58,039 bases of DNA from positions 1 to 58,039 of the IMG/VR virus record IMGVR_UViG_3300032326_000244. One strand, 5' to 3'. The position numbers were made by a program, and so were the translations under genes. Positions within the stretch are counted from its first letter, which is position 1, and each line of letters starts with the position of its first letter. This stretch comes from a virus. Lineage: Duplodnaviria; Caudoviricetes. This document shows, one piece after another, positions 28,129-36,319 of the stretch. The notes under the pieces were generated by a model. It was not told where the DNA came from and did no database searches. It saw only the letters and a program-made list of their open reading frames with translations.

Positions 28129-28871
28129 TATCGTGGAGCAAAATCTTGCTGTAATTTGATGTTGTCAAAGAACTCTTTCTTTGTACCCGGATCGTCTTTA
28201 AACGAACCTTTGAGCACAGTAGTCTGTGTCAAACTTGAGTGTGCCATGATACCACGATTCTCACAGCAACCATGTGTGGCCTGAATATACACTGCTACGT
28301 TTTCTGAGTCAGTAGCTTTGCTAATCTCGCGGGCAATGTCGTTACAAAGTTCCTCCTGGAGAGTTCCTCTTCTGGCACACCACTGAGCGATTCGGGTATA
28401 CTTACTAAGACCGATAAGTTTATTAGCAGCAATAATACCAATATAAGCCACGCCAGCCACAGGTTGGTGATGATGGCTACACATAGAGCGCAACTCACTA
28501 CGTACAACAAGCATACCTTCATAACGGTCCTGCGAATCATTTGGAAATGCTGTTGCGTCTGGTGCTCGTTCATATCTACCTGCCATTATTTCATTAAAGT
28601 ACATCTTGGCAAGCCTACGTGCTGTGCCTTTGCTGTTTGGATCGTTCTCGCGATCAATTAGTAACTTATCTAGAATTTGTTCGAATGCCGGTGTTGCTTC
28701 GTCGATTAGTCGTTCTATATCGCCTTCATGTAGATAATCGCTAATATTATCACCTGCCCAGAAACGTTTGTTTTCACGTTTCATCTTAAAGCGAAGATGA
28801 TCGCCTAGATATGCTTCTTCATATCCGCCATCGCCTGCCATTGCGTCCAGGCCTGTTTCTTTATTTGTCAA
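28128..28871 (-). CDS. folE: GTP cyclohydrolase I
   Basis: DPNSKGTARRLAKMY, SMCSHHHQP, IGLSKYTRI, QEEL, HGCCENRG; TTG start with GGAG SD. Confidence 0.95.
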   Translation of the reverse strand: MTNKETGLDAMAGDGGYEEAYLGDHLRFKMKRENKRFWAGDNISDYLHEGDIERLIDEATPAFEQILDKLLIDRENDPNSKGTARRLAKMYFNEIMAGRYERAPDATAFPNDSQDRYEGMLVVRSELRSMCSHHHQPVAGVAYIGIIAANKLIGLSKYTRIAQWCARRGTLQEELCNDIAREISKATDSENVAVYIQATHGCCENRGIMAHSSLTQTTVLKGSFKDDPGTKKEFFDNIKLQQDFAPR

Positions 28872-28914
28872 TTTTATTTCTCCGAGTTATAGACGAGGAT
28901 GTCTATTATATTTT

Positions 28915-28944
28915 ATTGTACAACATTATTTAGGTTTTTGTCAA
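28915..28944 (-). promoter_or_regulatory. sigma70-type promoter for folE with embedded CTAAATA
   Basis: TTGACA-18 nt-TACAAT; CTAAATA at 28927-28933. Confidence 0.55.
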
Positions 28945-29727
28945 CCTAAGCAATGTATTTTTCTTAACTGCTTCTTTCAAAACATTTAAATTTATATCTA
29001 GTGTTTCCGCATACTTCAATAACGCACTAGTATCTTTAGGGAAACACATACCGCCGAATCCGTTATATCCATCGGGTCCGGGTACTTGAGTATGTGTAAT
29101 TCCAATACGATGATCTTTAGCAACCATATATCGTATTTTGTTCCAGTCGTAGCCGTGTGCCTGCGCTAACTGACTCATTTCATTCATGAACACTACCTTG
29201 GTTGCCAAGAACGAATTGGTAACATACTTTACCATGGCGGCTTCACCGATACCGCAGAATACCGAATCTAATTCGGGTTTGGTATATTTAATAATACGTT
29301 CTGCTTCTCTTTGATAGGCAGGGATGTCTCCGCCTATGATAGCCCACTTTTCATTTGCGTAGTCGTTACGGGCATTGGCCGCAGTTAAAAATTCTGGAAT
29401 ATGTACTAGGTTAGGGTACTGAGTTTGTAAATATTCATATACATTAGGAGTTGCTGTTACCTTTGAAATAATGACGCCTTTGAACTTTTTCAAATTAGTC
29501 ATAGTAGATACTAGCGGCAGTGTATTACAGGTTCCATCGTCATTCATGGGACTAGGCACACAGACAAATACAGCTTCAGCATCTGCTAAATCTGAATATG
29601 TACCGTTGAAGCCTTTGCTAGGATCGGTATCGATAATCACAACATTGGCAAAGCCGGCATAGCTATCAGCAATAGCACTGCCTACAAAGCCGCAGCCTAT
29701 AATACCAATCTTTAGCAAATCAAACAT
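28930..29727 (-). CDS. UDP-glucose/GDP-mannose dehydrogenase-family protein (short, apparently lacking the C-terminal domain)
   Basis: IGIIGCGFVG, FVCVPSP, PEFL, KYVTNSFLATKVVFMNE, GFGGMCFPKD; start 29727. Confidence 0.85.
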   Translation of the reverse strand: MFDLLKIGIIGCGFVGSAIADSYAGFANVVIIDTDPSKGFNGTYSDLADAEAVFVCVPSPMNDDGTCNTLPLVSTMTNLKKFKGVIISKVTATPNVYEYLQTQYPNLVHIPEFLTAANARNDYANEKWAIIGGDIPAYQREAERIIKYTKPELDSVFCGIGEAAMVKYVTNSFLATKVVFMNEMSQLAQAHGYDWNKIRYMVAKDHRIGITHTQVPGPDGYNGFGGMCFPKDTSALLKYAETLDINLNVLKEAVKKNTLLRLTKT

Positions 29728-30007
29728 TGTATTCTTTCCATGTATTTGTTGTATGATCCCAATGTCTGTTATCATAGATAGTTGCGTTAAAGCTATAGCC
29801 AAACACGCCCATTCCTAATGTAGCACCGGCATGATCACACCGTACACGTACAGTAAAATCGAATTCTATAATACAGCCAGTTTTCATCAGTTCAAACTCC
29901 CAGAATTTATTTTTAAATAAAGTAGGGCCAGACCAGTTGCGAATATTTTTAAAATCCCGCCATCCGCTAAAATATGGATTCTCTATGGAAAAAGTAAGTA
30001 CAATCAT
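29720..30007 (-). CDS. hypothetical phage protein
   Basis: 95 aa, coupled. Confidence 0.65.
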   Translation of the reverse strand: MIVLTFSIENPYFSGWRDFKNIRNWSGPTLFKNKFWEFELMKTGCIIEFDFTVRVRCDHAGATLGMGVFGYSFNATIYDNRHWDHTTNTWKEYNV

Positions 30008-30186
30008 ACGTAATCTACTGATTTTTTAGTTCGCAGTTTTCTACACTGTTCTTTGACTTCAGGCGGATAGTCGGGATGAAATTCTGATAACGTACAGTCG
30101 TACACTCTGCCGTCATTATCCGGCACAGTAATCAGTATTAGGAACGCTACTACTAATAAAATTAATGCTACGACTGCTTGTTTCAT
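30004..30186 (-). CDS. small membrane-anchored protein
   Basis: N-terminal TM, YDC..SEFHPDYP.EVKEQCR. Confidence 0.65.
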   Translation of the reverse strand: MKQAVVALILLVVAFLILITVPDNDGRVYDCTLSEFHPDYPPEVKEQCRKLRTKKSVDYV

Positions 30187-30503
30187 GAATTGATATCTCC
30201 TTGATATCGTGGAATCATATGGATATGGGGGTATTTACCGTCTTGACCTGCGATATCGCCTACACTTTGAACAATGTTGAATCCTGCCCACTTTCCAGAT
30301 TCGATTCCATCGTACCCCCACTTATAGGCTGCTCGGTATGATTCGAAGAGACAGTCCATAGACTTTTGGGTAGGCACAAAGCACAAATACCCTTTACAGG
30401 GTGCCTGAGCATCGCGGAATATCCAGAATGTGTTTGTTCTAAACTCGATTTCTTTCCAAGGAGCGCTGCCGTCATTTAGTGCCTTTTCAATATCTGTTGT
30501 CAT
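30183..30503 (-). CDS. HIT family nucleotide hydrolase-like protein
   Basis: IFRD..P..G..CFVP, GFNIVQSVG..AGQ...YPHIHMIPRYQGD. Confidence 0.75.
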   Translation of the reverse strand: MTTDIEKALNDGSAPWKEIEFRTNTFWIFRDAQAPCKGYLCFVPTQKSMDCLFESYRAAYKWGYDGIESGKWAGFNIVQSVGDIAGQDGKYPHIHMIPRYQGDINS

Positions 30504-30509
30504 TATATT

Positions 30510-30713
30510 TTACGATACTAGACTCTTAGCTAGTAATGCGAGCTCGTCATCAGTCATAAAAAACTGATAAGTTGAACTCATATCAACTTCACCGTCTTTA
30601 TCTTTACACTCTTGTATAAACTCAATGGCGTTTAATGTAGATGGGCTGGCACATTTCCAGCTCTTAATTCTCAGTCTAAATCCTAGTGTATCTTTTATCA
30701 AAACTTCTTTCAT
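30510..30713 (-). CDS. hypothetical phage protein
   Basis: 67 aa, coupled. Confidence 0.65.
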   Translation of the reverse strand: MKEVLIKDTLGFRLRIKSWKCASPSTLNAIEFIQECKDKDGEVDMSSTYQFFMTDDELALLAKSLVS

Positions 30714-30949
30714 TGTAATGTCCTTTTGTCTTCTCCGGCCAAGCTGTTAATAATTTTTTCAGCCCACTCGGGTTCTTCTTCCATAAGTTCTTCTAAATCA
30801 ACTTGTCGACTTTGTTCAAAGAGTTCGCCTGATTGTGCCATTTTGGTAATTTCAGCAATCATTTCTTCGAGCTCTTCTTGTGTGCCTTCGAAACTATCAA
30901 AAGCGCCTGGAGCAAATTCGATAGTAATTGGTTTCTTTTCATCAGTCAT
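30710..30949 (-). CDS. acidic hypothetical phage protein
   Basis: Start reassigned to 30949 (MTDEKKPITIEFAPGAFD). Confidence 0.65.
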   Translation of the reverse strand: MTDEKKPITIEFAPGAFDSFEGTQEELEEMIAEITKMAQSGELFEQSRQVDLEELMEEEPEWAEKIINSLAGEDKRTLQ

Positions 30950-31316
30950 ATGTGCCTTTAATACGTTCAAAAGTTTTATATTTTTCCAAAGCCGAAATAT
31001 ACTCATCGTATTTCTTCTTTAGGCTTGGATACTTAGCTTCCATTGTAGCATCTCTTTCAGGAATCATCAAGACTTTTTCAATCGTTTTTAACCGTTCTTC
31101 TAAATCTAATCCGTTAATAACTACTTTTCCAGTTACTTGTAGACTTGCTGGATTTTCTCTAACTGTCATCACTGCTTCGTACGGTTGTCGAATTGAATAG
31201 GCACCGGAGCCGGCACTTCCAACAGCACCGATAGAAGCCCAATTCAAGCCATTAGTGCCTGTTGTTAATACTTGATTAGGTAATGCCGTTGTGTTTGTTA
31301 TGTAAGTATTGCTCAT
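30942..31316 (-). CDS. hypothetical phage protein
   Basis: Thr/Gly-rich N-terminus; LEERL..IEKVL.IPERD...EAKYPSL. Confidence 0.7.
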   Translation of the reverse strand: MSNTYITNTTALPNQVLTTGTNGLNWASIGAVGSAGSGAYSIRQPYEAVMTVRENPASLQVTGKVVINGLDLEERLKTIEKVLMIPERDATMEAKYPSLKKKYDEYISALEKYKTFERIKGTYD

Positions 31317-31743
31317 GTTGAATCCATTTATTTTTTACGAGAAATCCCCATTCTCGTTTTTGCGGTCCCGGCATAAACAATGTCCAGCATTCTACTTCGA
31401 GATCAATTTCGATACGATGATAGCTGTTAGCACTACAGATACGAAAGTGTCCAGGACCTCTCCAGTGTGCCACTTCACTAAATTTTTGTCCGTCTTTATT
31501 AAATTGTGGAATCCATTCCCAATAGCCGCCTTTGAGAATCAGAGTAGCGTAAGGCCATGGATGATCATGCACATCATCGGGATCTGATTTAAGGAACTTG
31601 TGAAGAAACACATTGAAGGGGAAACGCTTTCTATCTTTAAGAAAAAGGTAGTAGCGTTCGAGATACGGCTCGTTTGACTCTCTGTCGAGTACAATTCGTT
31701 TTCTGTCATGTTGTTCCATCCATTTGAAAAACTTATCCTTCAT
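31276..31743 (-). CDS. cupin-fold protein
   Basis: HDHPW...ILKGGYWE...HRIE...WTLF..GP..REWGF; start 31743. Confidence 0.7.
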   Translation of the reverse strand: MKDKFFKWMEQHDRKRIVLDRESNEPYLERYYLFLKDRKRFPFNVFLHKFLKSDPDDVHDHPWPYATLILKGGYWEWIPQFNKDGQKFSEVAHWRGPGHFRICSANSYHRIEIDLEVECWTLFMPGPQKREWGFLVKNKWIQHEQYLHNKHNGIT

Positions 31744-32101
31744 CTTTTGGAGTATCATAGTCGTCCTTTACAAGTGTATAAACAGTTTGAAAATTTCTCA
31801 ATGCGATCTCTAATCCTGGATATTTTTTACACATATCCTGAACTCGTTGCCAGTCTGGAAATGCATCAACAAACTCCTCAGCATCTCCCCAACTAAACTG
31901 ATAATCCGTATTAAGCGTGATAGTATCTGAAGAGTTAATAGTATAAATTGTTCCAGCAGCTCCGGTAGAGATGTTGTAGGAATTCATATTGCTAGTGTCT
32001 ATATAGAGATCACCGCTGGTAGGCCCAGATGTAATGCTAATAGTATTGTCTATATCAAAGAAGTCGTTGAAGGAGTGCGTTGGCTGAGAAGAAGTTGTCA
32101 T
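31733..32101 (-). CDS. hypothetical phage protein
   Basis: Thr/Ser-rich N-terminus; MCKKYPGL C-terminal module. Confidence 0.65.
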   Translation of the reverse strand: MTTSSQPTHSFNDFFDIDNTISITSGPTSGDLYIDTSNMNSYNISTGAAGTIYTINSSDTITLNTDYQFSWGDAEEFVDAFPDWQRVQDMCKKYPGLEIALRNFQTVYTLVKDDYDTPKDEG

Positions 32102-33122
32102 GTAATAATTCCACTTGTTTAGCTATCTGTGGCAATCTAGTATCGTAGTAATCCATATGAGTCATAATGGCACGACAAATATCTGGACGATATACGGTGT
32201 ATGCATCATAACTTTCGGTCCACTTGCTAGGATACTTGAATGTGTCCAATGCCATTTCACTATAGCTAAGTCTATCAGGAACCATTGGGATAGCATCTAC
32301 TACAGCACCCTCGTACCAACTGATGCCCAATGTTTCTTGTAAGTTAGCACTGAACACCATCTTAGCTTGACCTAACAATGTGTGATATTCATGCTTAGTA
32401 AGCTGTTTGTCTTGACAAACAACAAACTCGTATTGTGGCAAGTGTTTAGCTAAGTCACGGAAAATCTCAACTTGCTTTTCTGGAGCAATACGGTGCGGAA
32501 ACAAGATCATGTCTCGTTTCTTCATTCCTTTATAAGGCGCAAGAATATCTTTAAAATACTCCATAGGCCAACCAGTGCGTACAACTTTACCAGTTACATT
32601 GGCAGTAGGGTCATATCCGCCTTTGCCTAGTAAATTCTTACCAAACATCTCAATGTGGAATGTTGTGGCAAAGTAGTTATGGTCAAACGCATGATAAAAA
32701 CTTTGTTCAGCGTGTCTGACCCAAGGCTTGTCTCCAACAAGACGACCTAAGAAGTCCTGGGGATCATAACTGCCAGCATGCCATAGGCCGTGTGTTGTTA
32801 CTGGAATGCCCAGTAACTCACTCATGTACTTGAGATTGATGATACCAGGGTGCCAAGCATCAGTAAATACAAAATGATCACCTGCGCGAATGGTTCCGTC
32901 GCAAAATAGCCGACCCATCTGCTCAACCTGCCGAGCCTTGTAGATGTTTGTGCCGCCAAAATTAAGAAAAGCCCCAGGGGTAGTAGCACTAGGGATATCT
33001 GTAGGGCCGCTGATAACTTGAACATTATGTCCTGCCTTTCGCAAGAGTTCAGGTACATGGGTCTTCCATTGACCCGTGTACCTTGTCTCGACCGATTCTA
33101 AATCAACGAGAAAAACTGTCAT
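32055..33122 (-). CDS. GT-B (GT4-like) glycosyltransferase
   Basis: ILFPHRIAPEKQ, YHTLLGQAKMVFSANLQETLGISWYEG (Ex7E), PMVPDRLSYSEM; start reassigned to 33122. Confidence 0.8.
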   Translation of the reverse strand: MTVFLVDLESVETRYTGQWKTHVPELLRKAGHNVQVISGPTDIPSATTPGAFLNFGGTNIYKARQVEQMGRLFCDGTIRAGDHFVFTDAWHPGIINLKYMSELLGIPVTTHGLWHAGSYDPQDFLGRLVGDKPWVRHAEQSFYHAFDHNYFATTFHIEMFGKNLLGKGGYDPTANVTGKVVRTGWPMEYFKDILAPYKGMKKRDMILFPHRIAPEKQVEIFRDLAKHLPQYEFVVCQDKQLTKHEYHTLLGQAKMVFSANLQETLGISWYEGAVVDAIPMVPDRLSYSEMALDTFKYPSKWTESYDAYTVYRPDICRAIMTHMDYYDTRLPQIAKQVELLHDNFFSANALLQRLL

Positions 33123-33390
33123 TGCGCTGACGGAAGTTATTGCCGTTGTTGTTGCCACTGCGATTAAACTCGCCACGCGGCTTGCGAGTACCATCCCATG
33201 GCTTCTTTGGACGAGTACTGTAATAGAAATTGTTCCAAATTTGACTATTACGATTGTAAAGATTTGCCTCGTTAAAGTCGCACATTTCGAAACGACAAAA
33301 ATCGTGAAACTTTTCTAAGTCGTCGAAAATTTTAACAATATCGGGACGATTCTCAAAGTAGTTAACGTCTTTGTAATTATTCTTAGCCAT
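33103..33390 (-). CDS. hypothetical phage protein
   Basis: 95 aa, AAGGA SD, Asn/Arg-rich tail. Confidence 0.7.
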   Translation of the reverse strand: MAKNNYKDVNYFENRPDIVKIFDDLEKFHDFCRFEMCDFNEANLYNRNSQIWNNFYYSTRPKKPWDGTRKPRGEFNRSGNNNGNNFRQRNDSFSR

Positions 33391-33404
33391 GATAGCTTTC
33401 CTTT

Positions 33405-33800
33405 TTAATACTTAATAAATGAACCATTTTCTCCGTCTTCGGAGACCTCAATCCAAACCTCGCGGTCAGGATACTTTGCTGAGATTTGAGCATATAAATC
33501 ATCGCTCATCATCTCGCAACTTTTATAATCTAGCGACAATACACCTTGTTCGCTAGAATACAACCGTTCAAGCCACCGCTTGAACTGAATGAATTCCACA
33601 TCTCTGTCGTTATGAGTAACTCCGAGCCATACGCGAAAGTGAAATATATGGCGATGAGGAGTGCCAAGAAACGAAACGTCATAATAATCTCCTGTTGCTA
33701 GGTTAGGATCTGTTGCGGCTGCTGGATAACAATGGATTCCTTCTTTACGAAAGGTAACCCAAATCATTTTGTTAGGGCGAATATCTTGTTTAATAATCAT
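33405..33800 (-). CDS. QueD-like T-fold protein, DpdL-type (LxxxHRHxF)
   Basis: EGIHCYP, LGTPHRHIFHFRV, DRDVEF, SCEM, EVSEDGENG; lacks the QueD CxxxHGH; start 33800. Confidence 0.7.
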   Translation of the reverse strand: MIIKQDIRPNKMIWVTFRKEGIHCYPAAATDPNLATGDYYDVSFLGTPHRHIFHFRVWLGVTHNDRDVEFIQFKRWLERLYSSEQGVLSLDYKSCEMMSDDLYAQISAKYPDREVWIEVSEDGENGSFIKY

Positions 33801-34315
33801 GTTGGTGTATCTTGTGTATATTGATCCCAATAGGTAAATTTATCTTTACTCATTAGGCTTTGTAGGTGATGAGTCCACACACCCGGGTTAGTAGCACCCC
33901 AGGTGCGATCATCAAGTTTGAGAGTTGCGTTGTAGTTAAGTTGACTAATGTAAGGCAACTTTACACTAATCATAGGAATAAATTTATCTCGTTCGCAGTA
34001 ACCGCTTTCAAGAACACCTTCGATGTGTTCGACACCGAAGTCTAGAGCGACCCAATAGCCTTCGTCGAGACAACCGAGGATAACTTTATCCCATGCTTGG
34101 TATTCTTCTTGAGTCATTGCTTTTGGATTGAAGCTTTGACTAGTACCAAAGTAAATTTGCTTAATGTCAATGTCTCTGTTTGCTTGTTGTAGTATTTCCT
34201 CAAGAGGGGGTGTGCCAACAACAAACAAAGTTTTCATACCATAAGCAATAGTATGTTCGACTTCATACCCTGTAAAGTAAACGACATTTTGTCGTTCTTC
34301 AGTGTTTAGTCCCAT
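33797..34315 (-). CDS. conserved hypothetical protein in the deazaguanine module
   Basis: FTGYEVE...TLFVVG, IYFG, KLDD..W.ATNPGVW...FT.W.QY..D; coupled to both neighbours. Confidence 0.75.
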   Translation of the reverse strand: MGLNTEERQNVVYFTGYEVEHTIAYGMKTLFVVGTPPLEEILQQANRDIDIKQIYFGTSQSFNPKAMTQEEYQAWDKVILGCLDEGYWVALDFGVEHIEGVLESGYCERDKFIPMISVKLPYISQLNYNATLKLDDRTWGATNPGVWTHHLQSLMSKDKFTYWDQYTQDTPT

Positions 34316-35199
34316 TTAATATAACCTCTGCTGTAACCGTTCGGACGATCCACACCATCCGCAAACGCTTCCTGCCATTCAGTAGTACGATTGTAACACT
34401 GCGTCCAGAAAGAATCAACCTCAAGATAGCCGTTTTCAATCCAGTGACGAGCAAACAACATACAATCGATAAACTGTGGATTTCTTGGACTCGGGAAAGT
34501 CATAGTACAGGCTTTCCAAAGTAAATTGCTAAAATCAGTTGTAACTTCTTTTTGAGCACCAAATATAACTAAGGCATTTTCTCTAAGGATATCTTTTTCA
34601 AAAACATCTAGCTTACTGCTCAAATCAATAACAACGTCGTAGTTTGCTTCTGTATCGGCTTGTAATTTATCGCCCCACAGCTCCTTATTGCTAGACCCAA
34701 CGACATCTATTTGGTAAAAATAACCATTTAGTCGCATAGTGTGATAGGCTACCCAAGCTAAAAATCCACTACCTAGAATTAACATTCTAGAAGTAGTACC
34801 TTGTCGTTTTTCAATTTGATCTTTGGCTTGGTTAATTAGATTGATACCGCAAGCAACCGGTTCCAAGATATACTTAGGCGTTGCTTCAGGAACCTTTACA
34901 TATTCGTTAGCACGAACATTATAAATGTCTGCGTATGCTGGTTCGCCTCGAGTGGCAACAAAGTCCCCGAACTCTACATCCTTGATATTAGCACCAATAC
35001 CAATAACTTTACCAATGCCTTCGTGCCCTTGCATGTGTATGGGTAACGGACTAAAATTGCCCATCATCATATCTATGTCGCTACGACATACGCCAGTCAT
35101 TACAGCACGAACGCAAATTTCGTCTTCTGTTAATGGCGGAACGTGATATTCGGTTTCGTAAAAGAAACCGTTTCCTTCTGTTGCTAGTACTCTATTCAT
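34306..35199 (-). CDS. MDR (Zn-alcohol dehydrogenase-like) oxidoreductase
   Basis: GVCRSD, GHEGIG, LEPVACG, ILGSGFLA; no structural-Zn lobe. Confidence 0.8.
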   Translation of the reverse strand: MNRVLATEGNGFFYETEYHVPPLTEDEICVRAVMTGVCRSDIDMMMGNFSPLPIHMQGHEGIGKVIGIGANIKDVEFGDFVATRGEPAYADIYNVRANEYVKVPEATPKYILEPVACGINLINQAKDQIEKRQGTTSRMLILGSGFLAWVAYHTMRLNGYFYQIDVVGSSNKELWGDKLQADTEANYDVVIDLSSKLDVFEKDILRENALVIFGAQKEVTTDFSNLLWKACTMTFPSPRNPQFIDCMLFARHWIENGYLEVDSFWTQCYNRTTEWQEAFADGVDRPNGYSRGYIKWD

Positions 35200-36071
35200 A
35201 ATTTTTCTATTTGTTCATGAATCCAGATATCTTGAGCGAATTGCTTTTTCCAGAACTCATCATTATTTAGGTTTTTAACGGCTGTCTCTACCATAGTCTT
35301 GTAAGCTGATTCAGGACACAATCCTAAAGCGTGTCTTACAGCACTATTCCTCATACTAAAAGAAATGCTACTGTCATCATGATCCAAATTAGTTTTCCAG
35401 TTAGCACTTAATAACCAAGTGGTATTGCCATTTTTAAATTCAAGTTTACAAAAATCATCTACATCATAGACGCCATTGGGATTAACTGTGCCGTAGTCTG
35501 TACTAGTTATATCGGACAACAAATAATTTTGCATAGCTATTGCGTCGATTTTTCTACCTTGTGTATAGTCTGTCAACGCACAGTAGTAACTAAGCATATG
35601 AGGAATTAAGTCTCTGCTAACTCCGCCAAATGCTAATTCTTTTGTAGTAAACCAACTACCAGGTTGTGGAATTCTGTTGGCATTATTCCACCGAACATAG
35701 ACTCTATCACTTTGCTCCGATTGACTTTTGAATAGTTTAATCTCGTCTCTATATTGGTTATTCTTAACCATCATAAAACGTGTGTTAGGAAAGTCCTCTA
35801 CTAGACAAAACCAGCACTTACTATCCTGTACACCTGGCTTTTCAATTAACACAATCTTACATTTACTAGCAATAGTTCTTGCTATTAGCTCATGTGTAAA
35901 GTTGGGTGTACAAATAACAGCAATGTCGTATTCATCTACAATATTATCTACAGTTTTAAATGTTGCGTTCTTTTCTGGATTAGAATCGACAGTGTCAATT
36001 TCATAGCCAAGGCTGGCGAATACGGAATGATATAGTTGTCCTATACCCAATCCTACAATTAGTGCCTTCAT
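35196..36071 (-). CDS. Gfo/Idh/MocA family oxidoreductase
   Basis: IVGLGIG, ICTPNFTH, LIEKPG, GSWF...AFGGVSRDLIPH, DVDD. Confidence 0.85.
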   Translation of the reverse strand: MKALIVGLGIGQLYHSVFASLGYEIDTVDSNPEKNATFKTVDNIVDEYDIAVICTPNFTHELIARTIASKCKIVLIEKPGVQDSKCWFCLVEDFPNTRFMMVKNNQYRDEIKLFKSQSEQSDRVYVRWNNANRIPQPGSWFTTKELAFGGVSRDLIPHMLSYYCALTDYTQGRKIDAIAMQNYLLSDITSTDYGTVNPNGVYDVDDFCKLEFKNGNTTWLLSANWKTNLDHDDSSISFSMRNSAVRHALGLCPESAYKTMVETAVKNLNNDEFWKKQFAQDIWIHEQIEKL

Positions 36072-36319
36072 TCTTTTTTACTTTCTTCGTATTGCTTAAA
36101 CAGTCTAGTTACTGGTTCCATACGTTCTTGAAACACATCTGGAGCACCTTCGGATGCCCTAGACATATCCCACTCGCTAGGAAAGTGTCTAAGGATACTA
36201 TATGCTTCACCGCGCACTTTTTTAGGAACACGGGGATAGTCTTTGGCATTGTGGGCTAGATCTGTTAAGAATCTTTTAGCCCACATTACGGAACGGTATC
36301 TTTCATCTGGTAATGTCAT
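36068..36319 (-). CDS. BPSL0761-like small protein
   Basis: MTLPDERYRSV...FL.DL...PRVPK.VR.EA..ILRHFP. Confidence 0.65.
   Translation of the reverse strand: MTLPDERYRSVMWAKRFLTDLAHNAKDYPRVPKKVRGEAYSILRHFPSEWDMSRASEGAPDVFQERMEPVTRLFKQYEESKKE

Noticed and set aside
30942-32101. Possible paralogy of 30942-31316 and 31733-32101 (Thr/Gly-rich N-terminus plus KYP.L)
   Set aside because: The similarity is limited to composition and four residues and cannot be supported by eye.
33405-33800. Canonical queD assignment
   Set aside because: It lacks the catalytic Cys of CxxxHGH and has LxxxHRHxF instead, so no gene symbol was given.
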